DNA of 63,981 nt, filler included, from Basidiobolus ranarum (taxonomy: Eukaryota): the NCBI GenBank assembly GCA_040143965.1. It is 3 parts of 3 records of this genome, joined end to end, with 100 filler letters (N's around TTAATTAATTAA, not from the genome) between each part and the next. Parts side by side here need not be neighbours in the genome. Positions count along the whole stretch, not along the records: positions 1 to 22,585 come from JASJQH010000182.1; 2 more parts are not named here. One strand, 5' to 3'. Under the pieces are notes generated by a model, which did no database searches, was not told the origin of the DNA, and saw nothing but the letters and a program-made list of their open reading frames with translations. The translations under genes and the position numbers were made by a program. Below, piece by piece: positions 1 to 13,608 of the stretch; position 1 is the first letter of the stretch, and every line of letters begins with the position of its first letter.

Positions 1-820
1 TGCTCGTAGTGCTGCTGATATTGTGTTCTTGGCCCCAGGTTTGGGAGTTATCATTGATGCCATCAAGACTTCTCGTCAGATTTTCCATCGTATGTACGCC
101 TATATCGTCTATCGTATCGCCTTGTCTCTTCACTTGGAAATGTTCTTGACCACTACCATTGTAATTCTTGATGAGACCATCAATGTTCAGCTTGTTGTAT
201 TCCTTGCTATTTTCGCAGATATTGCTACTCTTATGATCGCCTATGATAATGCGCCATTTTCGCCCACTCCCGTGAAATGGAATCTTCCAAAGATATGGGC
301 TCTATCACTCGTCATGGCCATCATTCTCACCATTGGTACTTGGATCATCTATACAACTACTTTTGTTCCTGGAAATGGTGTCATTCAGAACTTCGGTGGA
401 GCTCAAGAAGTTATGTTCCTTGAGGTAGCATTGACTGAGAATTGGTTGATTTTCATTACTCGTTTGAATACCTCATTCTTCGAGAGTCTCCCCTCATGGC
501 AATTATTCGGTGCTGTGATGGCTGTGGATATTATTGCATCACTCTTTGCTATTTTTGGATGGTTCACTGGGGTTAACACTAGTATTGTTGCAGTTGTTCG
601 TATCTGGATCTTTTCCTTTGGTGTGTTTGTTGTCATGGGACTTATTTACATGATGTTGTCGAACTCTCCAGGCTTCGATCGTCTTGCTCATGGTAAATCA
701 ATTAAAGCTAAGAAAAATCGAAACCTCGAAGATCTCATGGTAGAAATGGCTCGTGTCTCTTACAAGCATCAGTATCAGCCCATTAGTAACATTGGAGTCC
801 CTGGTAAGGCTGAACAATAG
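1..820 (+). CDS. PMA1: Plasma-membrane H+-ATPase (P3A P-type ATPase), 3' part; begins upstream of the window
   Basis: Frame from base 2 reads [14 protein letters not shown]...[23 protein letters not shown]...[17 protein letters not shown]...[11 protein letters not shown], the conserved C-terminal membrane region of fungal Pma1; TAG at 818-820. Confidence 0.97.
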   Translation, partial: ARSAADIVFLAPGLGVIIDAIKTSRQIFHRMYAYIVYRIALSLHLEMFLTTTIVILDETINVQLVVFLAIFADIATLMIAYDNAPFSPTPVKWNLPKIWALSLVMAIILTIGTWIIYTTTFVPGNGVIQNFGGAQEVMFLEVALTENWLIFITRLNTSFFESLPSWQLFGAVMAVDIIASLFAIFGWFTGVNTSIVAVVRIWIFSFGVFVVMGLIYMMLSNSPGFDRLAHGKSIKAKKNRNLEDLMVEMARVSYKHQYQPISNIGVPGKAEQ

Positions 821-1812
821 ATATTGCTCTACTGTTTAATATATATACATATTCCATATTTTAGAGTAGGGCATTTTCATAATTATTTCTATATTTTCAT
901 TTACTCTAACCCAATGTGTAGTATTTGTTGGTTTTAACTTATTCTATTGTTAATAAATATTGCATTCGTTGAATTATCCCATGATTTTGAATCCTGAGTA
1001 CCATCATACTAGTTGCCAAATAACCGTATAACGGATGTAGCAATATTATGGCATGATGAAGTTTCGTGATGCTTGGTTGACTTTTCATAAATTTCTATTA
1101 TCTGAACTGGAATATATCCTGTCATTGTCAGTATAAGCTTCAGACATTATGTTTCAGTTCCTGCTATTAAAGTAATGCCTCAGTAATGATTGCAGGATTA
1201 TAACAAGAATTATCAGGCAAAGTCAACCAATTTTTCCTTATATTGACTTTGAACGATTAATATGAGAGTTAATTACTTGCAACTAAGTCAGGCAACACTG
1301 GTTACGCCTACAATAGTGCATAGTATGGGGTACTGAAGCCAACTTAATCACATGGATGGATAAGGACTAGAAGACCTGTCACACTATTTTACAAAATACG
1401 TGCAATTTGTTAGACCAAAGAATATCAGAAGCTTGGTATACGGCGGTCGTGATCTAGTGAAATATAACAACAAGAGGACTAAGTTTACTGGCATAAGTTA
1501 TTTATTTCTAAAATCAACACGACTGATAATAAGACATCTAGAATATATATATGGGTTCAACGTGTATCATGAAGCCAGCTTAAGGTTTGAAAATATTACT
1601 AAAAAATGGATTTCCTATCAAAGGGATTTTTCTGAACGGTTAGAGGATATAGGAAATGAGGAACAACTGTCTCTCGATGGTTTAGACTTGAATGTAAAAG
1701 ATTGAAGGACGGGCGGCGATGCATGCTTTAAGGTTGTTTGTATGTATAATCGAGTTTTTGTCTAGGTTGCGCATTCACGACTCGTCGTTGGTGCAGGGTG
1801 GACCAGGGTTAG

Positions 1813-2058
1813 TTAGTTTGTTGATTGGAATGGCTCTCCGTAGTTGGCCTCCACAACGGCATTTCTTCTTCTGAAAGCAAAAGCAGGAATCTCCCTGTCC
1901 AGAGGGAGTTTACCCAAGTTATCACTTTTTGTTGGTAGTGCAGTTGAGAATGGTGTGCAATGGGGAGAAAGTGCAATAGTTCTACAGTCAGAACGGCTAT
2001 TACTTGATGACACTAAGGACATCGATGGAACAATTGGAAGCGATTGGACGACAAGCAT
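1813..2058 (-). CDS. Putative 81-aa Ser/Pro-rich small protein with an RRRNAVVE motif
   Basis: True ATG in A-rich context (ttcaaaATG), TATA-like tttataa about 35 nt upstream on the minus strand, single exon; no family recognised. Confidence 0.45.
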   Translation of the reverse strand: MLVVQSLPIVPSMSLVSSSNSRSDCRTIALSPHCTPFSTALPTKSDNLGKLPLDREIPAFAFRRRNAVVEANYGEPFQSTN

Positions 2059-3029
2059 TTTGAATGGGTAAGAATGAAAGATGCGTCGGTTATAAATATG
2101 ATTTAATGAAGTCTAGAGAAATTGTTGAGACTCCATAGAGCTCGACTTCTATTTTTATACTCTGTAAAGAGATCAACGATCATATTATTCGGATCACTTG
2201 TAAAACTTGTCTCAAAACTGTTTCGTACTCCATCTGGATGGCAACCAATCACTCGCATTCTTGTTACTTCAACGAATCTGAGGGTTGTCATGGTAAAGCA
2301 AGCGAGGTTAACTGTCTCTAATTCCTGTTTAATTTACGTTTGGAATAGCGATTAGAGATTCCAGGCGATTTGAGCGATACGAGTAATATGGTCAATATGG
2401 TCAATATGGGTAATATAGGTGCACTTTATGCACAACCCGCATACATATCAGCGCATACATATCAGCGGATCAGTGGCTTCCAGACAAACATGTTCCGAGC
2501 AGGTTAGTTCCCATTTAAGTGATACGAATACTGTATGGGAGCCACCCTTATTTATATACTACAAGTTATATGAATATATCTGGCTCCGAGTATGCTTTAT
2601 AGCCAATGGGAGGGTTTGATTAAAGCTTAACTATAGTCAATATAAATGATGCAAGCAATAACCGTTCGAATAACCGTTCGTTTCATGAAACACAAGTCTG
2701 AGCAGTTTATTGCTATTGCGTCTAGGTCGTACTAGATGGGAAGAAAGCAAATGGCGAGGTGAGGATGCTTAGCTTAGGTTAGGGCTACTTTCGCGCTTTA
2801 GGCGGTTTCTTATTGATAAGGTTCCACCTCTGCATTTCTCAGGCTTAGCCATCACCTTTGGATTGGCAGATCTCATCAGGTTTAAAATTATGGACGAGCT
2901 TAAACCAGTGAAGAGCAACGCTGGTAGATAAAAATAACCACATGCCCCGACAAATGACTACAGTGTATACACCTTTAAACTAACTATAAAGTAAGTTACT
3001 TTCAATTCAACTAGATTCATATTCCTTCT

Positions 3030-3875
3030 ATGGTACGTCACTGGAATTTGTCACTTAAATTCTTCGTTTTGTGTAGTTTCTCGTTTTGGCCTTGGCTACT
3101 TCATGCCTACCCCACTGCACCGGTACACCGGGGATCTGCTGAGATACGACCCGGCGATATTGCTGTAGTTATGGCTTGGGATCAAATAATGGAGGAGTTT
3201 TGGGTTCCTCGGACACTACAAGACAAAGTGGACTATACAAATAAACATGGATATCAGCTTATCATTTACAATGATACCAGCGATGCTAGATCAGCGGTAA
3301 GTTAAGTGCAAATCAAGTGTTAGATACCTTCTAATTCCGAACTTTTTCAGAGCTGGTCCAAAATCATTAATCTTCATCGAGCAATGACGGAAAACCCTGA
3401 TAAACTTTGGTTTTGGTGGGTGGATGTAGATAGCTTGATTATGGAACCACAGTACTCAATTGAAGACCATATATTGGCTCATGTTTCGAGGAACCCCTAC
3501 TTTGAAAAAGATATTGTTCTGTCTTGGGATTGTAATGGCCTCAACACTGGTAGTATGTTTTTGCGCAACTCTGATTGGTCTTTGAAGCTTTTGCAGGATT
3601 TACTAGAGCTTTCTTGGCTAGATCCCATCATGTATGGAGAGCAGCGTAAGATGCAGACTCTGTTCCATGCCAGTCAAGAAATGGCAGATCACTTTAACTT
3701 CATTCCGTTGAGAAAAGCGTGTGCGGCACTACAACACCGCTGTCGATTGGATAGAAAAGCTGCCCATCAATACAACTATCACAAGGGAGATTTCTTGATA
3801 CATTTTGCTAATTGCGCTCCCAATAGATGTCATAAAGAGGTAAACCATTACCACAATCTTTTGTACTCAAAATAA
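3030..3875 (+). CDS. GT34-family glycosyltransferase (GMA12/MNN10-like); exons 3030-3296 and 3351-3875
   Basis: N-terminal hydrophobic signal/anchor; KVDYTNKHGY, spliced SWSKI, WFWWVDVDSLIM (DxD), DCNGLNTGSMFLRNSDWS, GDFLIHFA; intron gtaagt...tttttcag joins in frame. Confidence 0.9.
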
Positions 3876-4754
3876 ATGCAAACTCTAGTCAAGTCACATC
3901 CAATTCTCCAGTGTTGTACAATGAAGCCCACTCAATTGAATCTTTAACTTTTGGTTAATAAGCTAAAGCCCATTTCTGTTCGCTTTACCATAATAGTAGA
4001 AAATGGAGTAACCAACTAGCCTCAAGTGACACCGATATTAATTTCATCCCAGGTTTGACATGTGAAATCTAGTTTAAGCATGGATGACGTGCATAATAAC
4101 TGCAATAATACGGATAGGGAGCCTTAACCAAACTAGCCAAAGGTAAATGTTTTTTTAAGGGCGAAAATAATCAGGAAGTCATGGAAAAGACCGGTTAGTG
4201 ATCGTTCACTATGCTTTTTCGGAATATTAACTAAAATCAACGTCATCAATAATGATTTGATAGAGCTAATGACGTATTCATTTGTGATGCTAATTGTAAA
4301 CATTTGGGTTTTTTGCAGGTGTCTGGCATTTGGCATACGTAACAACGAAGACACAACCGAGATGGAATGCCAGTAACACATAGAAACATTTCATGAACGC
4401 TTTGTTGCAAAATTGTAGCAGGAGCCCGCTCGTAATTATCAAGAGAAAATGGCAGTGGAAAAAGTAATAGCATTCATATCCCTGAGTTAGGTGTTACATC
4501 ATTCCAAAAAATAAATGTTCGTACTCTCATCCAAACAACTATAAACAGATACAGCGCTTCTTTATTCTTAGTACATTTCCTTGCTTTTTACTGTAGTTTC
4601 TTGTTCATTTTTTATTCCTTTGTTGTCACAAGTCCGAATTTTTCGCTCAAGGTAACCGAATACTTTTGACTATATTGCATCTCACCTTACTAACCTCTGG
4701 TCCATTGAAAGTCCTGATAGGAAAATACTCTACATTTCCACTACATAGTTTAAT

Positions 4755-7490
4755 ATGGCAAGAAAAAATAAGAACACTCCCAAAAAAAGTAAGCCCAGTT
4801 CTCTTTTACTTTATAAGCCGCAGAATAACACTAATATTTCTTTTCCACGTGAAGATAACTCGAATGGCTCCCCCGAGTCGCCTACCTCTGCTACTCCAAC
4901 TCACTCCTTTTCTTTACCTCACAAAGAAGCCGCCAGTGAAGAGCTCCCCAAGACCCAGTTGAATAATGATGTATGAATTCTTACCTCTTCTGTACCACTC
5001 ACCGTTTTATGCTAACTTATCTATCAGGTCAAACTAAATAAGCCAACCAAAAAGCAAGTCAAGAAGAAGGGACTTTCTATCGTAAAAACCGCATTTTATG
5101 GTGTCGCTGTTTATGCCCTATATGCCGGAGTAGCAATATGCCCTGAAGACCGTTCTAATCCTGGTCCATTTTGCCAACAGGCTCTCAAAATTCACGATGC
5201 TATTCATCCTCATGTTAAGCCTGTTGCCGACAGTGCTTTTGAGTATTATGATGCCAATATCCATCCAGTTGTCATGGAGAACTATAAAGAGTTTGCTGAG
5301 CCTTACGTTGCTCAGGCTTCTGATGCTTATCAAGAGAAATGGGCACCATATGTTGATCAAGCTAATCAATATTACACCTCCTATGCCCAACCTGTTGTGA
5401 AACAGACTCGTGAGGTTTATGTTAAACATGGCCAACCATTTTTCCTCACCATGTTAGATAAGGGTGTCGAAGGATATCATACCCATGCTAAACCACATAT
5501 TCAGAAATTACAGAAGCATGCTATGCATTCGTATTACATTCATCTCCACCCTCACGTTAGCCATTATCATCATGAACTCGACAGAAAATACCGTAGGCAC
5601 GTTGAGCCTAAATGGAGACTCTTCGTTGAGGAATACTATACTCCTGCTCAAAAGGCCATCTCTCCACATGCTGAAGCTACCTGGAACAATGTAGTTAAAG
5701 CCTATCATCAACATGCTGTGCCATTGGCAAAGGATGGATTCGCTAAGAGTTCCGAAGTTTTTCATACCCATGTCGTTCCTTTGACGAAGCAGGGATTTTC
5801 TCATGGAATTGAACTATACCAAACTCGTATTGTTCCTCTTGCCAAGCAGGGTTACGCTCAAGGTATTGAAATTTTCCACACCAAAATTGTACCCCTCTCT
5901 CAAGATGGATTCGCCAAGAGTCGTGAAATATATCACACCCACGTTGTTCCAGCTGCTCAGAAAGGCTGGGAACAAACCAAAGTTGTCTACCAAAAGCAAG
6001 TCGAGCCTTCCGTTATTCAATTCTATGTCCAGATTCTTGACCTTTATAACAAGCATATGAAATCCACTGTTGATCATGCTTATGATAGTTATGTTTCTCC
6101 TTACTATGAAACCTACGTCGCACCTCACTATTCTGCCCATGTTGCTCCTCTCATCGCTAAGGTTACCGATATTTGGCCAGAGGATGCTTCTCAAAAGGTT
6201 CAAGAATATTTTATTAAGCCTGTGGGAAAAGCATTTGACTCTGCTGCCTCTTATGCCGCTGATGCTTCTATTCATGACACTATTAGAAGTGTTGCCAGTA
6301 ATGCCTACAACTATGCTGCCTCAGTAGCTCCTACTGTTGGACAGGCCGCTGAAGACGCTTATAATTACGGTTCCTCTATTGTGTCACAAGCTGCTCCTCA
6401 TGCTCAAAGTGCTGCTAGTCAAGCTTATGAAACCGCCAAACAAGCCGGCCAGAACGCTTATGATTATGCTCAAACAGTTGTTCCTACTGCTCAAGTTGTG
6501 GTTGACAAAGTCTATGATGCAGCTCAACAAGGTGGTCAAGTTGCATTCTCATATGTTAACTCTGGTGCATCCGCTGCCTCTAAAGCCTATGCTACACCTA
6601 TTCAGAGTGTAGCTAGCCAAGCCTATAGCGCTGCTAAAGGTGCTGCTTCAGTCGCACAAGATCAAGCTGGTCAATATTATGAATCCGGTAGAAAGGTAGG
6701 CCAAAGTGCTTACAGTAATGTTCAGACTGCTGCTCAATCAGCGGCCTCTGCTGTCACTTCCCAAGTTAATCAAGCCCAAAAGAACGCTGGTGAGTACTAT
6801 GAGGCAGGTAAACAGGCAGGTCAAAGTGTTTACAACAATGCTCAGTCAGCGGTTACATCTGTAGCTGCTTCTGTGCAAAGCCAGGGTAGTAAGTACTATG
6901 ATGCTGCATCCTCATCAGTAGGACAAGCCGCTAGTAAAGTTGGTAGTTACGTTAGCCAAGCAAGTGTCAGTGTAAAATCCGCTGCATCTGTAGCTTCCAA
7001 CGCTATTTCATCGGGTGGACAACAGGCTGGCAGTATCTATAACCAAGGAAAAGCTACCGCCACTTCCATCATCGCTAAAGCCACTGATGTTGCTGCCAAA
7101 AATGCGCAGGGTGCATATGACAACGTTAAGCAAGCTGGCCAGAGCATCTATCAACAAGGCCAGTCTGTAGCTTCGCAACAAGCTACTGCCAGTGGCTACC
7201 TTGATAGTTTTAAAGAGGCTGGCAATAGCATCTACTCCCAAATGCATAGCGCTTACAGCAGCGCCCAGTCCGAGGCTCAGCCTGCCGTTGAGAGTGCTCA
7301 ACGTGCTGCTGCCTCTGCCACGTTAAATGCCGCCTCTGCCCGCTCTTCTGTAATCGAAGCCATTAAAAGTGCCGTTCAATTTGATAGTGGGAAAGCATCT
7401 GAAAAAAAGGAAGGTGCTAAATCCCAGCTCGAAGAAGCTAAAGAGCATATCCGCAAGCTTGCTACCGAAGCGCAAAGCGTCAAGGTTTAA
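4755..7490 (+). CDS. Membrane-anchored protein with apolipoprotein-like amphipathic repeats and an Ala/Ser/Gln-rich tail (SHE10-like architecture); exons 4755-4970 and 5028-7490
   Basis: Intron gtatga...gctaac...ctatcag joins MARKNK... in frame to the 738-aa ORF; hydrophobic segment AFYGVAVYALYAGVAIC followed by a CP...C pair and P/Y-periodic helical repeats. Confidence 0.75.
5718..6059 (+). repeat. In-frame 57-bp (19-aa) tandem repeat, about 6 degenerate copies
   Basis: VPLAKDGFAKSSEVFHTHV / VPLTKQGFSHGIELYQTRI / VPLAKQGYAQGIEIFHTKI / VPLSQDGFAKSREIYHTHV / VPAAQKGWEQTKVVYQKQV / EPSVIQFYVQILDLYNKHM. Confidence 0.85.
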
Positions 7491-10400
7491 GGAATGAGAT
7501 ACCTCTCTGGCCATAAAGGCCGGAATACTTTCTTCAGTCTAGATTTCCCACTTTTTTATGTCTACTCTAATGATTATAATGTATCATGATGCTAAATCAT
7601 ACTTCACACTTCCTCTATAAAAAGTATGATAAAATTGACATCAAAATGTTGATTTTATTTACTTTCAGATACATGTATGTGATTGGGGTTTTCGTTGTGG
7701 TACTTCACTTTTTGAAGTGACCACGGTGTTCGTATTTCAATGAACTTTATATAAATGTACACTTTATTTAGTATTAGAATTTGACTTGTCTTCAAGACAT
7801 TTGGATGAGATATTAACTCTGTAATCTCTACTCTGGTTTTATGGATAACTATAGTGATGAATCCTAGACACGAGTCGTGTTGGAAAAGGTGCGGAATAAT
7901 TTGCATAATTTAGGTCGATAATTCTTGATGAGTTATTCAAATCAACTGCTACACCAATGTAAATTTCAACAGTCAAGCTTGCCAAGATTTAATCAAACCA
8001 TGATGGATGAAAATAGTATTAAAAGAAGAATATGTTCCAACTCTAGTAATATTTTATGAGTTTTGTTAACTTTGCCAAGATTTACTCTAAATAACCAGAT
8101 GGAACTCGTACCAGACGAGAAAGTAATAAGTTGGGGAAATTTCTACCAATGCCAAGATCTCCATCTGGGCTTAGTAGGTTCTCAATTTCCAAGAAAACAA
8201 CCACTCTACAAGTTAGTTCAACTCTCTTTGTCTGACTAAATCCGAACACAGAAATGATTATCTAAAAGCACAAGCTTCCTTTCTATAAGGTAATATTCAT
8301 TTTGAACGGCTCTCAGGAATACGTAATTTAGAGACTTGTCGAAGAACACAATCCACCTTTTACTTGCTCAATAAGGCACCATCATGGCACACGATAACTC
8401 GCTTTTGTGAGATTTACCATGACTAGATATACTTCCATCGTGACGTCATGGTTTTGGGTAACATCACCTTGATACCCACTGAAGGGAAGCGGAGGGGCGA
8501 AAATGGGAGAATTAAGTGCGATAATATCGACTTCTCTCATTCACCATCTTTGGTAAAGGCTATGATTTGAGGGGAAACTAACCTGTATTTGCTCTGAATA
8601 TTTATATCGGAATAGGTGTAAATTGCTATGCGCTTAGGGTACATCGTTTACCCATGTCTCAGAGTCTCACAAACCACCATTTTCACAGAACTAGTAATCA
8701 ATTCCTTTTTTGTAAGTTATGGAATATTTCTGACCTTACATGGTGGCTGGATCCTCTACTCTAAACTGATTTCGAAAAATCAATGGATTCACCAAGATCA
8801 TCAATAATGGTCTAGACTTTGGCAATAACAATGGTTAATGTTGCACTTAATCTCGTAAACCTAATAATATCACTAGCATTCCTCTCTGTGGAATAGACTT
8901 TGTCAATACAGCTTAGCTACAACCGAAACAAATTGTGTTGGTGCACTCGTGTGACCAAGACTTTGTTAGAGGGGTTTGCGAGAAACAGGTATTTTGTTCT
9001 ACAACTTCTTTATAGGTGTGGTTTATTAGTACTACAGGTAACTGGTATCTGACAAAAGGAGCCACCCATTTAACTCAACCTGGTGAATTGATCTTATTTA
9101 TCAGCATTACATATCAATTGTAATATAGCTCCCAGTCTAAATGATTTTTACTACTTAGGGGAGAAGATTCGATGCCGATAATTGCAGGAACTAGTAGCAG
9201 GATGATATAATTTTTGGGATACTGACAACATCGGCTGTGAATGATCCCTCTCTAGTAATGATACTTCTCCAGTTCCCCCCGTAGGTTTAGCCGGCAGTAA
9301 ATGCACAGCAGGTTACATACAAGTTGAATTATGCCATAGAAGACATCCCCTGTCATGAGCCAAGGCGAACATTACATCATAGCTTAACCTAAGATAGTGT
9401 TGGGAAAATCCTTGTCGAATATTAGAGGAACATTTGTTAAGCTAGATTCGGTATGTACACCGCTGACTGGTGCATGATTGGAGGTAACATACTTACTCAA
9501 GCTGCATCTAAAGTGCAAATATGACTACTGGGCACTTGATCTTTGCAAATGACTAGGCTAAGTGTACATTCTGAGATTACTGCCCATATCAACAGCCATC
9601 CTTTGATTAAGTTTAATTTACAATATTGACTCTCACGATCATAAGGTATTGTATTTGTAATGACCCTCTTTCTCTCTCGGGGTCTCTCTCGGGGGAGAAG
9701 AGGCGGTCCAGATATTAGCAAATGAAGGGTGATTATTCGCCGGCCTAGATTAGCCAGGTGGCATATCCGATCCTAGATTGGTAATGAGTGAAGTCTGTTG
9801 ATTCACGGATATAAGATATTAGCCGAGGATCAAATGAATAGATTCTACCAATTCTTATTTTGGTCATATGGATTAGTGACACGTTTCCGCTATCTTTCAA
9901 GATAACCTGGTGTGGGCAATGGCCGGGACGAAGTATCACTGGAATCAATATAATCTGATTTCTGGATGGCGAATCTCAGCAATCGAAATTCCATAATAAA
10001 TAGAATTTGCACTTGTTCTGGTCAATTTCATATTGCATAATCTACTTTAATTGGCATCACAGTTAGAATATTTATCCAGAATTCACTTCAAGTGCATTCC
10101 TGATCAAGAAAGGTTAGGAATCAATAGTGTGAGATTAGGATCTTAATGTCCTTTAGAATTTTGTCAATTTAACCCCATGTGCTAGCCATATCCCTGGTAG
10201 ATTCCAATTCCTGCAGTCACCTGAGGCTCCAGAAGATACAACGGTGTTGATTCGCCTCTTCTATGATTATTCGACAAACAATGCGAGTTACATTCATTCT
10301 ACCATCAGTGTCTTCACCAATACGATGTCTATATTGCATGGTGCTCAAATGGTATGTGGAGCGGACTGTCATCGTTATGTTATGAAGTACATCAAATACC

Positions 10401-12438
10401 ATATTCGAAGTTGACAGTAAATGCAACATAGTAAGGGAAATAATGTATCACATAATGCTCAATTTACAGGGTGCAGAATTCACCAATCTTAGGGGCATTC
10501 TTATACATGTACGCTAGACTAATTCAAAGGAACAAACAAAGAGGATATTTAAGTCCATCTCCTATTAAATTCAAGGTCATTATATTTTCTAGAGAATATG
10601 GGATAATTTGGACTAATCATAGGTCATCCACTAATGATATCATAGGTGCTTCACTAGCATTCCATTGTGCATGTTCAGCCACGAAATTATGGTTATAGTC
10701 TGCCGATCACATATGTGACAAGGATCAACAATGATCAAGCCAGTGTTTGGAGGAGGCATGCAGGTCGGGAATTATTTTCTAGCAAACATGCATATAATTC
10801 CTGCTAAAGGTCTCACTCACAAGGAGAAAGGGAATCGTGTATTATGGCAGAACGAATCATGGCATACAATGAGACTTGAGCATAAATGGGCTCGCACTGT
10901 CCAATCAATCGGAAATTATGACGTAGCGATTGGGATGCAACACATCTGTGATGGGCCAAGTCTAGATTTGGTCGACATATGTATCCCTCAAGCAATGTTT
11001 GCAAGATAGAACATTTGCGAGAATGGAAGCGGGTGAGAAGGGCGTTTTTGAATGTGAGTATATCCAAGGGATGGGCGAATGATTCTGATTGAGAGAATAT
11101 TACTGGATGGTCTGCAGCGAATGGTTCTGGGTAAAATCGAGGAGTGTGCTCACTTTACCGTTAGACTACACCGAAGAATCTGTCCAAATCGGGAATGAAT
11201 CGTAGATTCGATGAAGGGCAATAGAGAAGTTTTAGAGGTTGGATATAGTTTCATCCAGAATCAATCAAAGTAGAGCTAGTGGCAGACAATGTCAACAATG
11301 CAAACATCTAGTGATTCTAGGTATATCTTGCAACCCTATTGGGACCAAACAACCATCACCAGGATTGTAAATGATGTTTCAGCTCCAGCGCCCGCTTGCC
11401 ATTATAGGTGTTTCAATCGAGCTTCCGGCGTTTCCACACATATTTTGAGTCTATCAAGCCTACCTAAGATGACAACAGCTCCATTTAATATTGAATGCAG
11501 GAGGCTAAGCGTGTTCGGATAAATGTGATTCGTATAGAGGCGATGGATTGGGGTTCGCTTAGAGTAAGTGGTCTATTTAGTACCTAAATTCAGTCATACT
11601 GACGTGTTGGATTTGAAGGCCATGTGTAAGAAAATGAGCAGTCGTAAGTGGATTTGCATTGGTTTCTTTTGGAAATTTGGTTGGATGATTTTCTCTGTGA
11701 CATCAACATATTTTGTAGGTGAATGGCTCATGCTTTGTTGAGGGTAGAGTTTAATGGGAGGGAGAGGAGTAAGGGATAGGGTTAATCTATCGTAGTATAG
11801 GAAGGCTAGGCTAGGTGAGGACTGCGCTGTATTAGTGATTCCATATATATATAAGTGAGCGTAGCTACCAGCCTGCCTATGACGTTATAACCAAGTAATG
11901 GCTCCAATTGATTTGCTTTGATCCACCTTCTCCTTTGTTAGATTCTCATCATCCCCAAACCACCGCGTGTAACAAAATGCCCTGTATATTTCAGTTAGAT
12001 CCATATTAGTACCCAGGTTGTATTCTCACTCGGTGTACTTACACTATGACCGCTTATGTAAAACCTGTTAGAGAAATTCCTTATTCGAATTGGCTTGATT
12101 CCAAATTCGGAGTGGATAGTTATATTTGTATTTTACTTAGCTTCTAATCTGATCCTTTATATAATGGATCTTGAATTATATTATATGTATACACGAATTT
12201 ACTTTTATTGGTGCTTCTAGATGGATGAATGCAAAGAAAGTTAAACTATAAAAGAAGCCGCTGTCTCCAACCAGGTCTCCTACAAGTTTATTATTCTACT
12301 CTCCACGTAATTTTCGCCATTCAACTTTGTTCCGTTGAATCGTTTCAACGTTTCAAATAAGCATCCTTGTACCAAATTTTCTAGTCCTTTGAAAGTATTA
12401 CACCACTGCCTATCAATTACGGCGTACTTTAGAGATCA

Positions 12439-13608
12439 ATGTCCCTTTCCCTTAAATACAACCATTCTAATTACAACAGCGGAATGACTTACGACACTCA
12501 GTATCCACCGAGCTCTCGTGCTGTTCAACATATCAGTTCGCATATCCCCAAACATTCGCGTTATTCAGAATCACTGTCCGGAAGTGTACCTTTCTTAAAT
12601 TCCTCTAAATCGGGTGTGAACTTCTCTAAAACTGAGCCAATGATTTTTAATCCACAAAATTCGATTTCAAATTATACACTCACATCACAGCCTATGAGCG
12701 CAACAACCCAGGTAGAGTCTCCCGATGCTTCAGTAGCAGCCAGATGTTTATCTGAAACTTCGCGTTTTTATTCACAAAACCCTCGTTGCAGAGAAAAACA
12801 CCAATCTCTTTCCTTGGATTCATACGATTTCAAAGAGAAGTATCCCTCACCATTACGAAGCGCCTCTCTCGATACCTCTTACAACCTTCCTAGAATCAAC
12901 CTCGAGAACCCTGTTCTATGTTCTAGTCCGCAGAATAGAGATTCGAGCAGATCACCTTCATATACTTCCTCAAAAATCTCCACTCCTCCACCCTCTTTGC
13001 CGCCACTCTCAGAGACATTGAGCAACATATTTACCGAGTCCCCTAAGCAATCTCCACCTTCACCTGAAAATTGCTCGGTCGAGAGTGTTCCCTCACCAAC
13101 TAGTGTGCAATATCCATCTAGCCACATGTCGAAGGCAAGAGCAGTCGAGCCCATGGCTACAGTATTACCATCCTTAGCTTCTCAGTATCCGCCATCGCAG
13201 TATTATCCCCAAGGAATGGGGTCAGCTAATCCAGCTGCCGTAGTTACATCAAGTTCACATCATGGGTTACCATCTATGTTTGACGCTTCTACGAACGATA
13301 ATTATGAACAGTTCGAAAGTTCTCACTCGTACAGTGGTTCTGAAGAATACGAACAGGATAGTAAAAAGATGTTTTCCTTTGTATCCCTGCCGGGAGTTAA
13401 CGGGAAGAAGCGACCACGCAGAAAATTCGATGAGATTGAGCGTCTATATAGCTGCAATCATCAGGGATGTACCAAAAGCTATGGTACTTTAAACCATTTA
13501 AACGCACACGTTATGATGCAAAAGCACGGGATCAAGAGACTTCCTTCGGAATTTAAAGAGTTGAGAAAACATTGGAAAAACCGAAGACAATCTAGCAGTG
13601 ATAATTAA
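12439..13608 (+). CDS. CON7: CON7-type single C2H2 zinc-finger transcription factor
   Basis: KRPRRKFDEIERLYSCNHQGCTKSYGTLNHLNAHVMMQKHGIKRLPSEFKELRKHWK matches the Con7 family signature; Ser/Pro-rich disordered N-terminus; intronless; tataaaa at about 12248. Confidence 0.85.
   Translation: MSLSLKYNHSNYNSGMTYDTQYPPSSRAVQHISSHIPKHSRYSESLSGSVPFLNSSKSGVNFSKTEPMIFNPQNSISNYTLTSQPMSATTQVESPDASVAARCLSETSRFYSQNPRCREKHQSLSLDSYDFKEKYPSPLRSASLDTSYNLPRINLENPVLCSSPQNRDSSRSPSYTSSKISTPPPSLPPLSETLSNIFTESPKQSPPSPENCSVESVPSPTSVQYPSSHMSKARAVEPMATVLPSLASQYPPSQYYPQGMGSANPAAVVTSSSHHGLPSMFDASTNDNYEQFESSHSYSGSEEYEQDSKKMFSFVSLPGVNGKKRPRRKFDEIERLYSCNHQGCTKSYGTLNHLNAHVMMQKHGIKRLPSEFKELRKHWKNRRQSSSDN

Noticed and set aside
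1053-1105. C/D snoRNA candidate (atgatga...ctga)
   Set aside because: Too short, no terminal stem, no recognisable rRNA guide
1400-1705. 101-aa ORF
   Set aside because: GTG start, no motif, no splice support
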